From Reyranella sp. (GTDB lineage: Bacteria > Pseudomonadota > Alphaproteobacteria > Reyranellales > Reyranellaceae): a stretch of 40,506 bases of DNA. Where the stretch lies: contig JBILYJ010000001.1 in NCBI GenBank assembly GCA_044377795.1, positions 1 to 40,506 of the forward strand, in the 5' to 3' direction. Below, piece after piece: positions 18,423 to 26,637 of the stretch. Position 1 is the first letter of the stretch. Each line of letters begins with the position of its first letter. Under the pieces are notes generated by a model that saw only the letters and a list, made by a program, of their open reading frames with translations, was not told where the DNA came from and made no database searches. The position numbers and the translations under genes were made by a program.

Positions 18423-18971
18423 ATGGACATCACGACCGGCGAGAGACTGAAGATCGCGCGCCAGCGGGCCGGGCTCTCCCAGCGGGCGCTGGCCAAGAAG
18501 GCGGGCGTCGGCAACGCCACCGTGTCCCTGATCGAGAGCGACCGGATCAACCCGTCGGTCAGCGCGCTCAAGCGGATACTGGACGCGATCGCCATGCCGC
18601 TGTCCGACTTCTTCGCGATCGACGAGAAGGCGAGCGAGGAGAAGGTCTTCAAGGCGAGCAGCCTCACGGAGATCGGCCGGGGCGGCATATCGTTCCGGCA
18701 AATCGGCAAGGACCTGTCCGGGCGCGCCCTGCAGCTTCTCTACGAGACCTACCAGCCGGGCGCCGACACGGGGAAGATCATGCTCCGCCACGAGGGTGAG
18801 GAAGCGGGCTTCGTGATCTCGGGCCGCATCGAACTCACGATCGGCTCGACGCTGCACATCCTCAACACCGGCGACGCCTATTACTTCAAGAGCGTCGAGC
18901 CGCATCGTTTCAGGAATGCGACGACGAAGCCGGCGGTGATCGTGAGCGCCTGCACCCCGCCGACATTCTAG
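18423..18971 (+). CDS. XRE-HTH + cupin transcriptional regulator (PuuR-like)
   Basis: LSQRALAKKAGVGNATVSLIESDRINPSV HTH. Cupin with HEGEEAGFVISG and PHRFRN, ending ACTPPTF. Confidence 0.88.
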   Translation: MDITTGERLKIARQRAGLSQRALAKKAGVGNATVSLIESDRINPSVSALKRILDAIAMPLSDFFAIDEKASEEKVFKASSLTEIGRGGISFRQIGKDLSGRALQLLYETYQPGADTGKIMLRHEGEEAGFVISGRIELTIGSTLHILNTGDAYYFKSVEPHRFRNATTKPAVIVSACTPPTF

Positions 18972-19043
18972 CAAGGCGCAGAAAGATCTCGCGGGCCGGG
19001 CGCCACTGCCGGCCGTCATGACTGTGGGAGGCGCCAGGGGCCC

Positions 19044-21416
19044 TCACCCCGCTGGCGGCTCGCTCGACATCTTCTCGATCTCGCACCACGCGCATCGTAG
19101 CGGTATCGAGCCGCTGACGGGATCGGCCCGATCGGTGCTGATGGCGCCGTTCAGGTTCGCTGCCAGCGGGTGATTCCGATCGTAGGGCGTGCCTTCCCCG
19201 CCATCGACCCACCAGCCGTGCTGGCCGAACACGGCACCAGGTGCGAGGCCCGGCACGAGGACGGCGCGGGCGACCGCATCACCGCTCGGCGTCCTGATGC
19301 GAACCCAGTCGCGCTGGACGATCGACCGCGCGGCCGCATCGGCCGGGGCAATCTCCACGATCGGGTCGGGCACCAGCCGGCGCAGCGAGCCGATGTTGCG
19401 ATGCTGGCTGTGGCAGTAGGCGACGCTCTTGGCACTCCCAAGGCGCAACGGATAACCCGCTTCGGCGGGCACGAGATCGCTGACGTCGAGTTCGGGGATC
19501 GGCCGGTAGCCGGAGAGCAGCAGCCGCTCCGAATAGAGTTCGATCTTCCCGGTCGGGGTCGGGTAGCCGCGGGGATGGCCATCGTGCGGGATCGCCTGGG
19601 CATCGACCTGCGCCGCTCCCTCGACCGCGATGCCCGCCGGAGAACGGCGCAACATCTCGACGGTCAATCCGGTCTTGGCCAGGACCGCATCGTGGCCGCG
19701 GTCGGCCTCGAGATCGAACATTCGATCGCCGAGGCCAAGCCCTGCGGCGAGTCCCATCACGATGTCGGTGTCGGAGCGTGCCTCGCCGACGGGCGCGACG
19801 ACGGGGGGCCGAAGCTGGACGTGGCGCAGTCCCTCGAGGCTGCCGTCGAAGCCGGTCCGCAGTCCTTCCCGCTCCCACGAGGTCGCGACGGGCAGAATGA
19901 TGTCTGCATAGCGGGCCGTCGCGTTGACGAAGAAATCCGCATGGACGTGAAATTCGAGCGCGCACAGCGCCTTGCGGGCAATCTCCGTATCCGGCTGCGA
20001 CACCAGGAGGTTGGTGCCGAAAGACATCAGCATGCGCACCGGATAGGGCGCCTTCGCGAGTACCGCCTTGTAGACGTCGCGGGCCGTCACCCAACCTTGA
20101 AGTCCGGGACCAAGGGGTCGCTCGGCAAGACCGATCGCCTTGTCGCGCTGTGTCGCGGGCAGCAGATCCTGGCCGGAAATATCGACGAAGGGCGCCGCTA
20201 CGCCGGGCACGTTGCCGCCCTTGCGGCCATAGCTGCCGGTGAGCGCATAGAGGATCGAAATCGCGCGATCGGTCTGCGTGGCCGTGACGCTCTGCCCGAC
20301 ACCGTTCCAGGCGTAGTAGGCAACCGACCCGGCACCGGCAATGATGTCGGCGGCCTTTGCGAGGTCGCCGGGCTCTATGCCGCTCACCTCGGCAACACGC
20401 TCCGGCGGAAATTCCGCGGCGGCCCGCGCGAACAACTCCAGCGCGGTGTGACACAGGACGGGGCCGGTCAGCGTCTGGACAGTGCCCTGCCAGCGCAGCG
20501 CAGGCGTGACGCTTCCCAGGTCCCAGCCTCCGCGCGTCGGATCGAACGGCAGCAGGCCGCCGCCGTCGCCAGCGTAGGAAAACAGAATGTCGGTCCGGCC
20601 ATCGGCCCGAAGGTCGCTCTCGCGCAGGAAGCGGCCGGTATCGGAGCGCACCAGCAGGCTGGCGTTCGTCCAGGTCGCCGCAAATGCGTGATCGAAGCGT
20701 CCGCTCGAGACCAGCAGGTTCGCCAGCCCGAGGGCAACCGCCTGGTCCGTGCCGGGGCGCATCCGCAGCCACTGGGTCGCGCGCTTGGCCAGCGCCGTCG
20801 GCCGCGGATCGATGACGATCATGCGCGCACCGCGCTTCAGGCCCTTCTGTATCTCCACCTGCCGCGCCAGCCAGGTGGCCGCGGGATTGTTGCCCCACAG
20901 CACGATGCAGTCGGTGTTGGCGAAGTCCGGTGTCCCGATGTCGTGCCCGTAGGTGAAGCGCGATGCGTAGTCCTTGTGCCAGTTACAGATTTCGGTTCCG
21001 TAGACGGTGTTCGGGCTGCCGTAGGCGCGGATGAAGCGCTCGACCCATGAGATCGAATCCGAAATGTGCGAGCCACTCGGCGTGGTGACGGAGAAGGCCA
21101 CCTGTTCGGCGCCGTGCCTCGCCCGGATCTCGGACAGGCGCGCGGAGATTTCGGCCAGCGCCTCGTCCCAGCCGATCGGCTGCCAGCCGGGATCGGGGGC
21201 GCCCTTCGGTTGGGTGCGGCGAAGCGGGTGCGTCACCCGTTCGGGATGATAAACGAGCTCCGGGGCCGCCCGCCCCTTGGGACAAAGCGCCTGGCCGGTC
21301 GGATGATCGGGCAAGGGCTCGATCCCCAGCAACCGCCCGTCTTCCACGACGGCGACGCAGCCGCAACGCGACCGGCATTGCGTGCAAAAGGCCGCAATCT
21401 TCTGCGCTCCAGACAT
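19044..21416 (-). CDS. Cytoplasmic Mo/W-bisPGD oxidoreductase catalytic subunit (DMSO reductase superfamily, acetylene-hydratase-like branch)
   Basis: CTQCRSRC...LCPKG [4Fe-4S] motif, WGNNP, IDPR, RPGTD, ADIILP, TPTGKIELYS and a C-terminal Molydop-binding domain (HSQHR, QHGWW). No Tat leader from ATG 21416. Confidence 0.85.
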   Translation of the reverse strand: MSGAQKIAAFCTQCRSRCGCVAVVEDGRLLGIEPLPDHPTGQALCPKGRAAPELVYHPERVTHPLRRTQPKGAPDPGWQPIGWDEALAEISARLSEIRARHGAEQVAFSVTTPSGSHISDSISWVERFIRAYGSPNTVYGTEICNWHKDYASRFTYGHDIGTPDFANTDCIVLWGNNPAATWLARQVEIQKGLKRGARMIVIDPRPTALAKRATQWLRMRPGTDQAVALGLANLLVSSGRFDHAFAATWTNASLLVRSDTGRFLRESDLRADGRTDILFSYAGDGGGLLPFDPTRGGWDLGSVTPALRWQGTVQTLTGPVLCHTALELFARAAAEFPPERVAEVSGIEPGDLAKAADIIAGAGSVAYYAWNGVGQSVTATQTDRAISILYALTGSYGRKGGNVPGVAAPFVDISGQDLLPATQRDKAIGLAERPLGPGLQGWVTARDVYKAVLAKAPYPVRMLMSFGTNLLVSQPDTEIARKALCALEFHVHADFFVNATARYADIILPVATSWEREGLRTGFDGSLEGLRHVQLRPPVVAPVGEARSDTDIVMGLAAGLGLGDRMFDLEADRGHDAVLAKTGLTVEMLRRSPAGIAVEGAAQVDAQAIPHDGHPRGYPTPTGKIELYSERLLLSGYRPIPELDVSDLVPAEAGYPLRLGSAKSVAYCHSQHRNIGSLRRLVPDPIVEIAPADAAARSIVQRDWVRIRTPSGDAVARAVLVPGLAPGAVFGQHGWWVDGGEGTPYDRNHPLAANLNGAISTDRADPVSGSIPLRCAWCEIEKMSSEPPAG

Positions 21417-21646
21417 CTGCACTCCCCTGCTCGACGTCACGATGGTCTCTTTGACCCCGAGACGGCAACCTCGACCGAGTTCGTCGAGCGGCCGGGAAGC
21501 GGCACCGGCCAGGACCAGATGAAGCTCACGACAGGCGTCGCCATTGGCCTCATGGTGGCCGGCTCGCCATGCGCGCAACGCTTACGGCAACTACGGGCGA
21601 AGGCTTGCGCGGTTGGCGACCGCCTCCTGCCAGCATTTGCAACGAA

Positions 21647-21680
21647 GAAAACCCCGCGCCGGGCCACCGGGCGGGGTTTC
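21647..21680 (-). terminator. Intrinsic terminator of cspA
   Basis: GAAACCCCGC...GCGGGGTTTTC hairpin with a U-tract on the minus strand, just after the stop at 21698. Confidence 0.75.
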
Positions 21681-21697
21681 AGCGGTGTTTGCCCGCG

Positions 21698-21898
21698 TTA
21701 TGCCTTGAGGTTGGCGGCGGCGTCCTTGCCGCGCTCGTTCACGACATCGTACGTGATCTTCTGGCCCTCGTTCAGGCCGTTCAGGCCCGCGCGCTCAACC
21801 GCGCTGATGTGGACGAACACGTCCTTGCCGCCGTTGTCGGGCTGGATGAAGCCGAAACCCTTGGTGGCGTTGAACCACTTAACCGTGCCTGAAGCCAT
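21698..21898 (-). CDS. cspA: Cold-shock protein (CspA family)
   Basis: MASGTVKWFNATKGFGFI...DVFVHISAVERAGL with RNP1/RNP2 motifs. ATG at 21898. Confidence 0.95.
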   Translation of the reverse strand: MASGTVKWFNATKGFGFIQPDNGGKDVFVHISAVERAGLNGLNEGQKITYDVVNERGKDAAANLKA

Positions 21899-22096
21899 AG
21901 TATATCCTGACTGCGAGTTGTTTGCCGCGTTAGGGCGACCCCCTCTAATGCACGCCATCAGGCGGAGTGGCAAGGTGTGGCTCCCCTACGACTTGATGGT
22001 TGTGGGAACGAGGCGGTCGGCTGGCGATCGCAGAATCAGGTCTGCCTGGCCTTGTGATCGGGGTTTCTGGCAAGGGCGCCCCGAGGTGCCGTACGT

Positions 22097-22510
22097 CTAT
22101 GCATGGGAGGCGAGCAAGCCCTTTGGCAGGATCCGCAATCGCGTCTCGGACGAAAGCCATTCTCTCGCGTCTGCTTCGTGGGCGAAACCGCGCAATCGAC
22201 GTCTGTTGCCTGTCCGCTGCTTCAGAAAGACCGCCGCATGCACCAAGGACGGCGAAGGGCCATTCCCAAGCACGATCGCAATGGAGCCCGGAATCGCGGT
22301 GCTCAGACGAGGAATGGCGGGCAACGAGTCCATAGCGTCGCACAGCTGAATGTCGGCTTTGCTCAGGTCGAACAGCTTGCAAAAGCCGACCGCACCCTCC
22401 GCCCGCATGACCGCCCGGAACGATCTGAGGAAAGGTCGATCCAGCACACCGATGCCCTGAACGACGACCAGGGCCTCAGGTCTGAACATCTTCCATCCCA
22501 ACGCAACCAT
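22097..22510 (-). CDS. Small hypothetical protein, STAS/SEC14 (SpoIIAA-like) type
   Basis: KLFDLS...IAIV...RGFAHEADAREWL pattern resembles small SpoIIAA-like proteins. Confidence 0.5.
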   Translation of the reverse strand: MVALGWKMFRPEALVVVQGIGVLDRPFLRSFRAVMRAEGAVGFCKLFDLSKADIQLCDAMDSLPAIPRLSTAIPGSIAIVLGNGPSPSLVHAAVFLKQRTGNRRRLRGFAHEADAREWLSSETRLRILPKGLLASHA

Positions 22511-22686
22511 AACGGTTATCCCGTCGCTCTTCTTCGAGAGACATACTGCACTTATGGCGCGATAAACCTCATCAACTTTCTTCTATACGTTGACAGGGAC
22601 AATGGACGACAATTTCGATAGTCGAAAATGTTATATTATTTCTAATAGGCCCACCGGTGCCACCCTGCGCCCGCCAAACACCACCA

Positions 22687-23760
22687 TCACTTGTGCGGTA
22701 CCTTCTCCGAATTGGTGAGGACACGGCAGGTGGCATTGCCCCCGACATAGTCATCGAGCAGCGGCCAGCCGCGCTCGCCACGCGCGGGCACCAGCGTGAG
22801 AAGGCGCATCGACTCGTCGCGATCCGGGAAGCGGGCGCGATAGAGTTCGGCCCAAGCCATGTAATGGCGGCCGTTGCCGCGCAGCACGAGGAACCCCAGG
22901 TCCTGCCGCTCATCGTCAGCACCGGTGAACGCCGCGAGCCGCCCGGGATCGTCGATGGCATCCAGCAGAAAGGCGATGGCGCGATGGAGGTCGGCGCCGT
23001 CGGGACGGGGCTGCCACACGTCCTGGCCGAATGGCCCCAGCAATTCGCCGATGTAGACCAGTGAGGCGATCGCATGGCGCTGGTACCACAGCGCCCGCGG
23101 CCCGCGCTTCATCTCCAGTGGCAGGCTGCCATCGGCGCCCATCCCGGCGATGGCCGCCCGGGCGTCGCTCTCTGCAACGTCGGCAAGCTCGCGCCGGCCG
23201 GTCAGCACCGCCCACTGGGCCGCGACGGTGGCGCGCAGCAGGGCGTGATTGTTGTGGTTGCTCATGGCTTCGCCCTTGGCGCGGCTCTTCTTCCCACCGG
23301 TCGTCACGTCCTGGAGGGCGACGAGATGGGAAAGCCAGCGCTCGACCTCCTCCGCATGAGCTCTTCCGGCGGGCGCGTGGCGCAAGTCCATCCACGCACC
23401 GAGGATGGCGATCAGCGCGCGACGCAGGGAATAGATCGAGTTGGTATTGCTCTCGGCAGGCCCCGCGTCGACGATCTCGGAGAGCGCACCGGCACGCGCC
23501 CAGCGCAGCAAGGCCTCGACGGCCCTGCCGGCGGCTTCCTCGTCGCGCCGGCCGCGCCAGGCGGCAGCACCCTCCATCTGAAGGAGAGCGAAGGGTTCGA
23601 TCCGGCGGTCGGTTCCCTTGTGCGCAGGCCCTTCCACAGCGACGACCGGCACCGGATCGATCTGGACCGCCGGCGGACGACAGGCATCCTCGGCGGGCGA
23701 CCGGGCGTGCCCGGGCCAGGCGGCGAGCACCAGCAGGACGACAACGATGCAACGGGTCAT
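22687..23760 (-). CDS. algL: Periplasmic alginate lyase (AlgL/PL5-like)
   Basis: Signal peptide from ATG 23760, overlapping the alg8 stop. NHNNH catalytic motif, DGSLPLEMKRGPRALWYQ. Confidence 0.8.
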   Translation of the reverse strand: MTRCIVVVLLVLAAWPGHARSPAEDACRPPAVQIDPVPVVAVEGPAHKGTDRRIEPFALLQMEGAAAWRGRRDEEAAGRAVEALLRWARAGALSEIVDAGPAESNTNSIYSLRRALIAILGAWMDLRHAPAGRAHAEEVERWLSHLVALQDVTTGGKKSRAKGEAMSNHNNHALLRATVAAQWAVLTGRRELADVAESDARAAIAGMGADGSLPLEMKRGPRALWYQRHAIASLVYIGELLGPFGQDVWQPRPDGADLHRAIAFLLDAIDDPGRLAAFTGADDERQDLGFLVLRGNGRHYMAWAELYRARFPDRDESMRLLTLVPARGERGWPLLDDYVGGNATCRVLTNSEKVPHK

Positions 23761-25379
23761 GGCAGCACCGCCAGCTTGAACTCGTGCAGCGTATAGAGGC
23801 TCGGCAGGCGCAGGACGCCCGCATAGCTCACGATGGCAAGCACCAGGACCGACATGGCGACGGCGGTCAGGTAGAACGCGACGCCGTTGCGTATCTGGTC
23901 GGCCAGACCGCCGCCGAAACCCGCCTTCTGGTCGCCGCGGTTGGTCCAGCGCTGCTTGGACAGGCGGAACAGACAGTAGACTTTCACCGCGGCATTCACG
24001 ACCTGGTTCACATAGAGCAGCAGCGGATAGACGAGGTGGACCTCGCGCGAGTAGCCGAACAGCACCACCGCCTGCCAGAGCCGCGTGACCGCAATCCAGA
24101 TGAAGTAGGTGACGAGGAAGGCCGGCGAGACCAGCACGGCACCCATCACGCCGAGGATCGGGCTCACCAGCGTGGTCCACATCGCAATGCGCTGGTCGAC
24201 GATGCACCACCAGATGAAGAAGCCGGTGCGGCGAGGACCCAGCGCGATGGCGCGCGCGCCGTTGCGGAGCATGTTGCCCGACCAGCGGCGCAGGTTCTGC
24301 ACCATGCGCTCGTAGCCCGAGCCTTCGATATGCTCGACGGTGTAGGCGATCGTGTCGGGCACGTACATCATCTTCGCGCCGACGCGCAGCATGTAATACC
24401 AGGTGGTCTTGTCGTCACCCGACAGGAAGCGGAAACGACCCCACAGCCAGTGTTCGAGATGGTCCTCCTCGACCAGCTCGTAGAACTCCGGCCGGATAAC
24501 ATGGTTGACGCGATACAGCGACAGCCGCCCGGTCAGGGTCAGGACCTTGCCGGCGAGCGCGTGGCTCTGCATGGCGATGCGGCGCTGCGCGAACCTCATG
24601 GTGAGCCACAGCTGAATCCACCGCGGGCCGAAGCAGATCACCTCCTCGTCGGTCGTCATCGCCTCGAGCGCGGGGTCGGCGACGAACAGGGAGGTGCACT
24701 TGGCGAGCATGCCATCACCGATGATCGAGTCGCCGTCCATGAAGACGACGACGTCGTCCTCGCGGACTTCGCCGCGCTCACGGCCCTTCGCCATGGCGCG
24801 GAGCGATGCGCCGATACCGTAGCGCTTCCCGGGCGCGGTCTGGCGGGCGATCTCGAAGCGGATCTCGATGTCGGCCGCATGCTCGGCCAGGAAGTCGGCG
24901 ATGATGATCTCGTCGCTTTCGTCACCGGACCCCAGCCAGATCGTGCCGGGCAGGCCGGTCGATCGCAGCTCACGCACGATGCTGTCGACCACGGCGTGGG
25001 TGATTTCCCGCTTCTCGCGGAAGGTCGTCATCATGAAGTGGACCCGGCGCGGACGGTGACCGTCCTGCCAGGCCTGGTCGGCGAGCCGGCGCAACGCAGG
25101 ATAGCGCACGAAGGCGTAGATCCAGGCCCGCACGACGTGGGTGGTCCACCAGCCGAACCGCCAGAGACCGAGGCCGCCGATCACGATCGTGACGTGACGC
25201 GCCGCCGGGTCCCACAGCGTGTTCGGCACCGTCAGAAGCAGGATGACGCAAAGTGCGGCGTACGCCGCCAGGCCACCAAGCACGGTCGGGTTCCACTTCG
25301 CCCAGAAGCCGGGCTGGGGAAGCATGTCGGCATACTGGATGACACCCGGCGTCGGTGGGACCCTTGCCACCGCGTTCAC
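23757..25379 (-). CDS. alg8: Alg8-like GT2 polymannuronate synthase
   Basis: N-terminal TMs (IGGLGLWRFGW), GKR, MDGDS, RFAQR, VLTLTGRLS, FRFLSGDDKTTW, LRRWSGN, DQRIAMWT and QRWTNR all resemble Alg8. Confidence 0.85.
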   Translation of the reverse strand: MNAVARVPPTPGVIQYADMLPQPGFWAKWNPTVLGGLAAYAALCVILLLTVPNTLWDPAARHVTIVIGGLGLWRFGWWTTHVVRAWIYAFVRYPALRRLADQAWQDGHRPRRVHFMMTTFREKREITHAVVDSIVRELRSTGLPGTIWLGSGDESDEIIIADFLAEHAADIEIRFEIARQTAPGKRYGIGASLRAMAKGRERGEVREDDVVVFMDGDSIIGDGMLAKCTSLFVADPALEAMTTDEEVICFGPRWIQLWLTMRFAQRRIAMQSHALAGKVLTLTGRLSLYRVNHVIRPEFYELVEEDHLEHWLWGRFRFLSGDDKTTWYYMLRVGAKMMYVPDTIAYTVEHIEGSGYERMVQNLRRWSGNMLRNGARAIALGPRRTGFFIWWCIVDQRIAMWTTLVSPILGVMGAVLVSPAFLVTYFIWIAVTRLWQAVVLFGYSREVHLVYPLLLYVNQVVNAAVKVYCLFRLSKQRWTNRGDQKAGFGGGLADQIRNGVAFYLTAVAMSVLVLAIVSYAGVLRLPSLYTLHEFKLAVLP

Positions 25380-26611
25380 AGCCGCTTCTCCGCCGGTTGA
25401 TCGACGGGCCGGTCGGCCACCGTGCGGAAGTCGCCCAGCACGGTGTCGAGCGAGCGACGCTGGAAGGAAACCACGGCCGGCGTACCGGGCTCGAGTTCGT
25501 CACGCAGCCGCTCGGCCTGGTCGCCGTCCAAACGGAGGACCGCGCGCGCGGTGCGGTCGAGATCGCCCTGTCGCACGCCACTGTCGCGCGCCTGGCGCCA
25601 GGTGTAGCGGCTCTCGACATCGTCGAGGAACCCGGCCGCGCGGTCGATGGCAACGATGTGCGCGGGCAGGCGCAGGCGCAACGCCGGAATATAGATGGTG
25701 GCGGCATCGCCCACGCTGACGCGCAGGACCTCGTTCTGCGTCAGGAAGGCGTTGATCGTACGCTCGCCTTTGCGCTCATAGACCGCGACCGTGTCGCCGG
25801 CCCGGACGGCGCTGCCTTCCCCGTGGAGCACGCGCATGATGCGGCCATCCCCCGTTGCGGTGACGACGGCGGCGGCGCGACGCTCCTGCCACACGCGCAA
25901 CTCCTCGGTGGCCACGTCGATCTCGGCGCGCGCACGCTGCACGGCAGCCTCCAGCTCGGCGAGCCTGCCGGTGATGCGATTGCCATCGAAGAAGCGGCCC
26001 GCCGCCGCAGAGGCGACGAGGGCGCTGCGCTGCTCCTCGAGGATGCGCGCACGCTTGAGCTGTGCATTGAGGATGGCGTGCTGATTGGTATGGTCTTCCA
26101 GTTTCTGGCGGGGGGCGAAGCCCTGCGCGAACAGCCCGCCGACGCGATCGACCCGCGCCTTGGCGGTGACGAGCTGTTCCTCGAGCGAGGCGATCTCGGC
26201 CTGCACCGCCTTCAGCTCAGCCTGCGTGATGATCAGCGTATCATCACGCTTGGCCTTCTCGGAAACGAGATGCGCCTCATGCTGTCGGAGCGCATGGCGC
26301 GCCCGTTCGAGCTGGACGCTGGCGAGCGACACCTGGCGCTCGACCTCGGGGTCGTGGATCTTTGCCAGCCGGCCGCCGTTCGTCACCGTGCTGCCGGGCT
26401 TGATGCCGACGCCGAGCATCACACCGTCCGACGGCGCCCGGATGGGCTCGACGGCGCCGGCGATGACGGCGGCGTCGACCTCGAGCCGCACCACGTTGGC
26501 GTAGACCAGGGCACCGCCGTAGACGATCGCGGCACCGCCGGCGATCGTCCACAGCAGGCCCATCGTCATGCGACGGACGAGGCTGCGCTTGGTGGTGTTC
26601 GGCTTGGACAT
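25376..26611 (-). CDS. alg44: Alg44-like membrane-fusion (HlyD-type) co-polymerase lacking a PilZ domain
   Basis: Short cytoplasmic N-terminus, one TM, lipoyl-like halves (IRAPSDG, VTATGDG) and a coiled coil. Lies between algD and alg8 and overlaps the alg8 start. Confidence 0.65.
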   Translation of the reverse strand: MSKPNTTKRSLVRRMTMGLLWTIAGGAAIVYGGALVYANVVRLEVDAAVIAGAVEPIRAPSDGVMLGVGIKPGSTVTNGGRLAKIHDPEVERQVSLASVQLERARHALRQHEAHLVSEKAKRDDTLIITQAELKAVQAEIASLEEQLVTAKARVDRVGGLFAQGFAPRQKLEDHTNQHAILNAQLKRARILEEQRSALVASAAAGRFFDGNRITGRLAELEAAVQRARAEIDVATEELRVWQERRAAAVVTATGDGRIMRVLHGEGSAVRAGDTVAVYERKGERTINAFLTQNEVLRVSVGDAATIYIPALRLRLPAHIVAIDRAAGFLDDVESRYTWRQARDSGVRQGDLDRTARAVLRLDGDQAERLRDELEPGTPAVVSFQRRSLDTVLGDFRTVADRPVDQPAEKRL

Positions 26612-26637
26612 GGCACCGATCCTACGGGTCTAACCGC

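Noticed and set aside
19044-21416. Acetylene hydratase or formate/nitrate reductase call
   Set aside because: The catalytic Asp position is Arg, no partner subunits are present, and no diagnostic motif supports a specific name.
21899-22096. cspA thermoregulator 5'UTR RNA
   Set aside because: Plausible from context, but I cannot support its structure or boundaries without an Rfam search.
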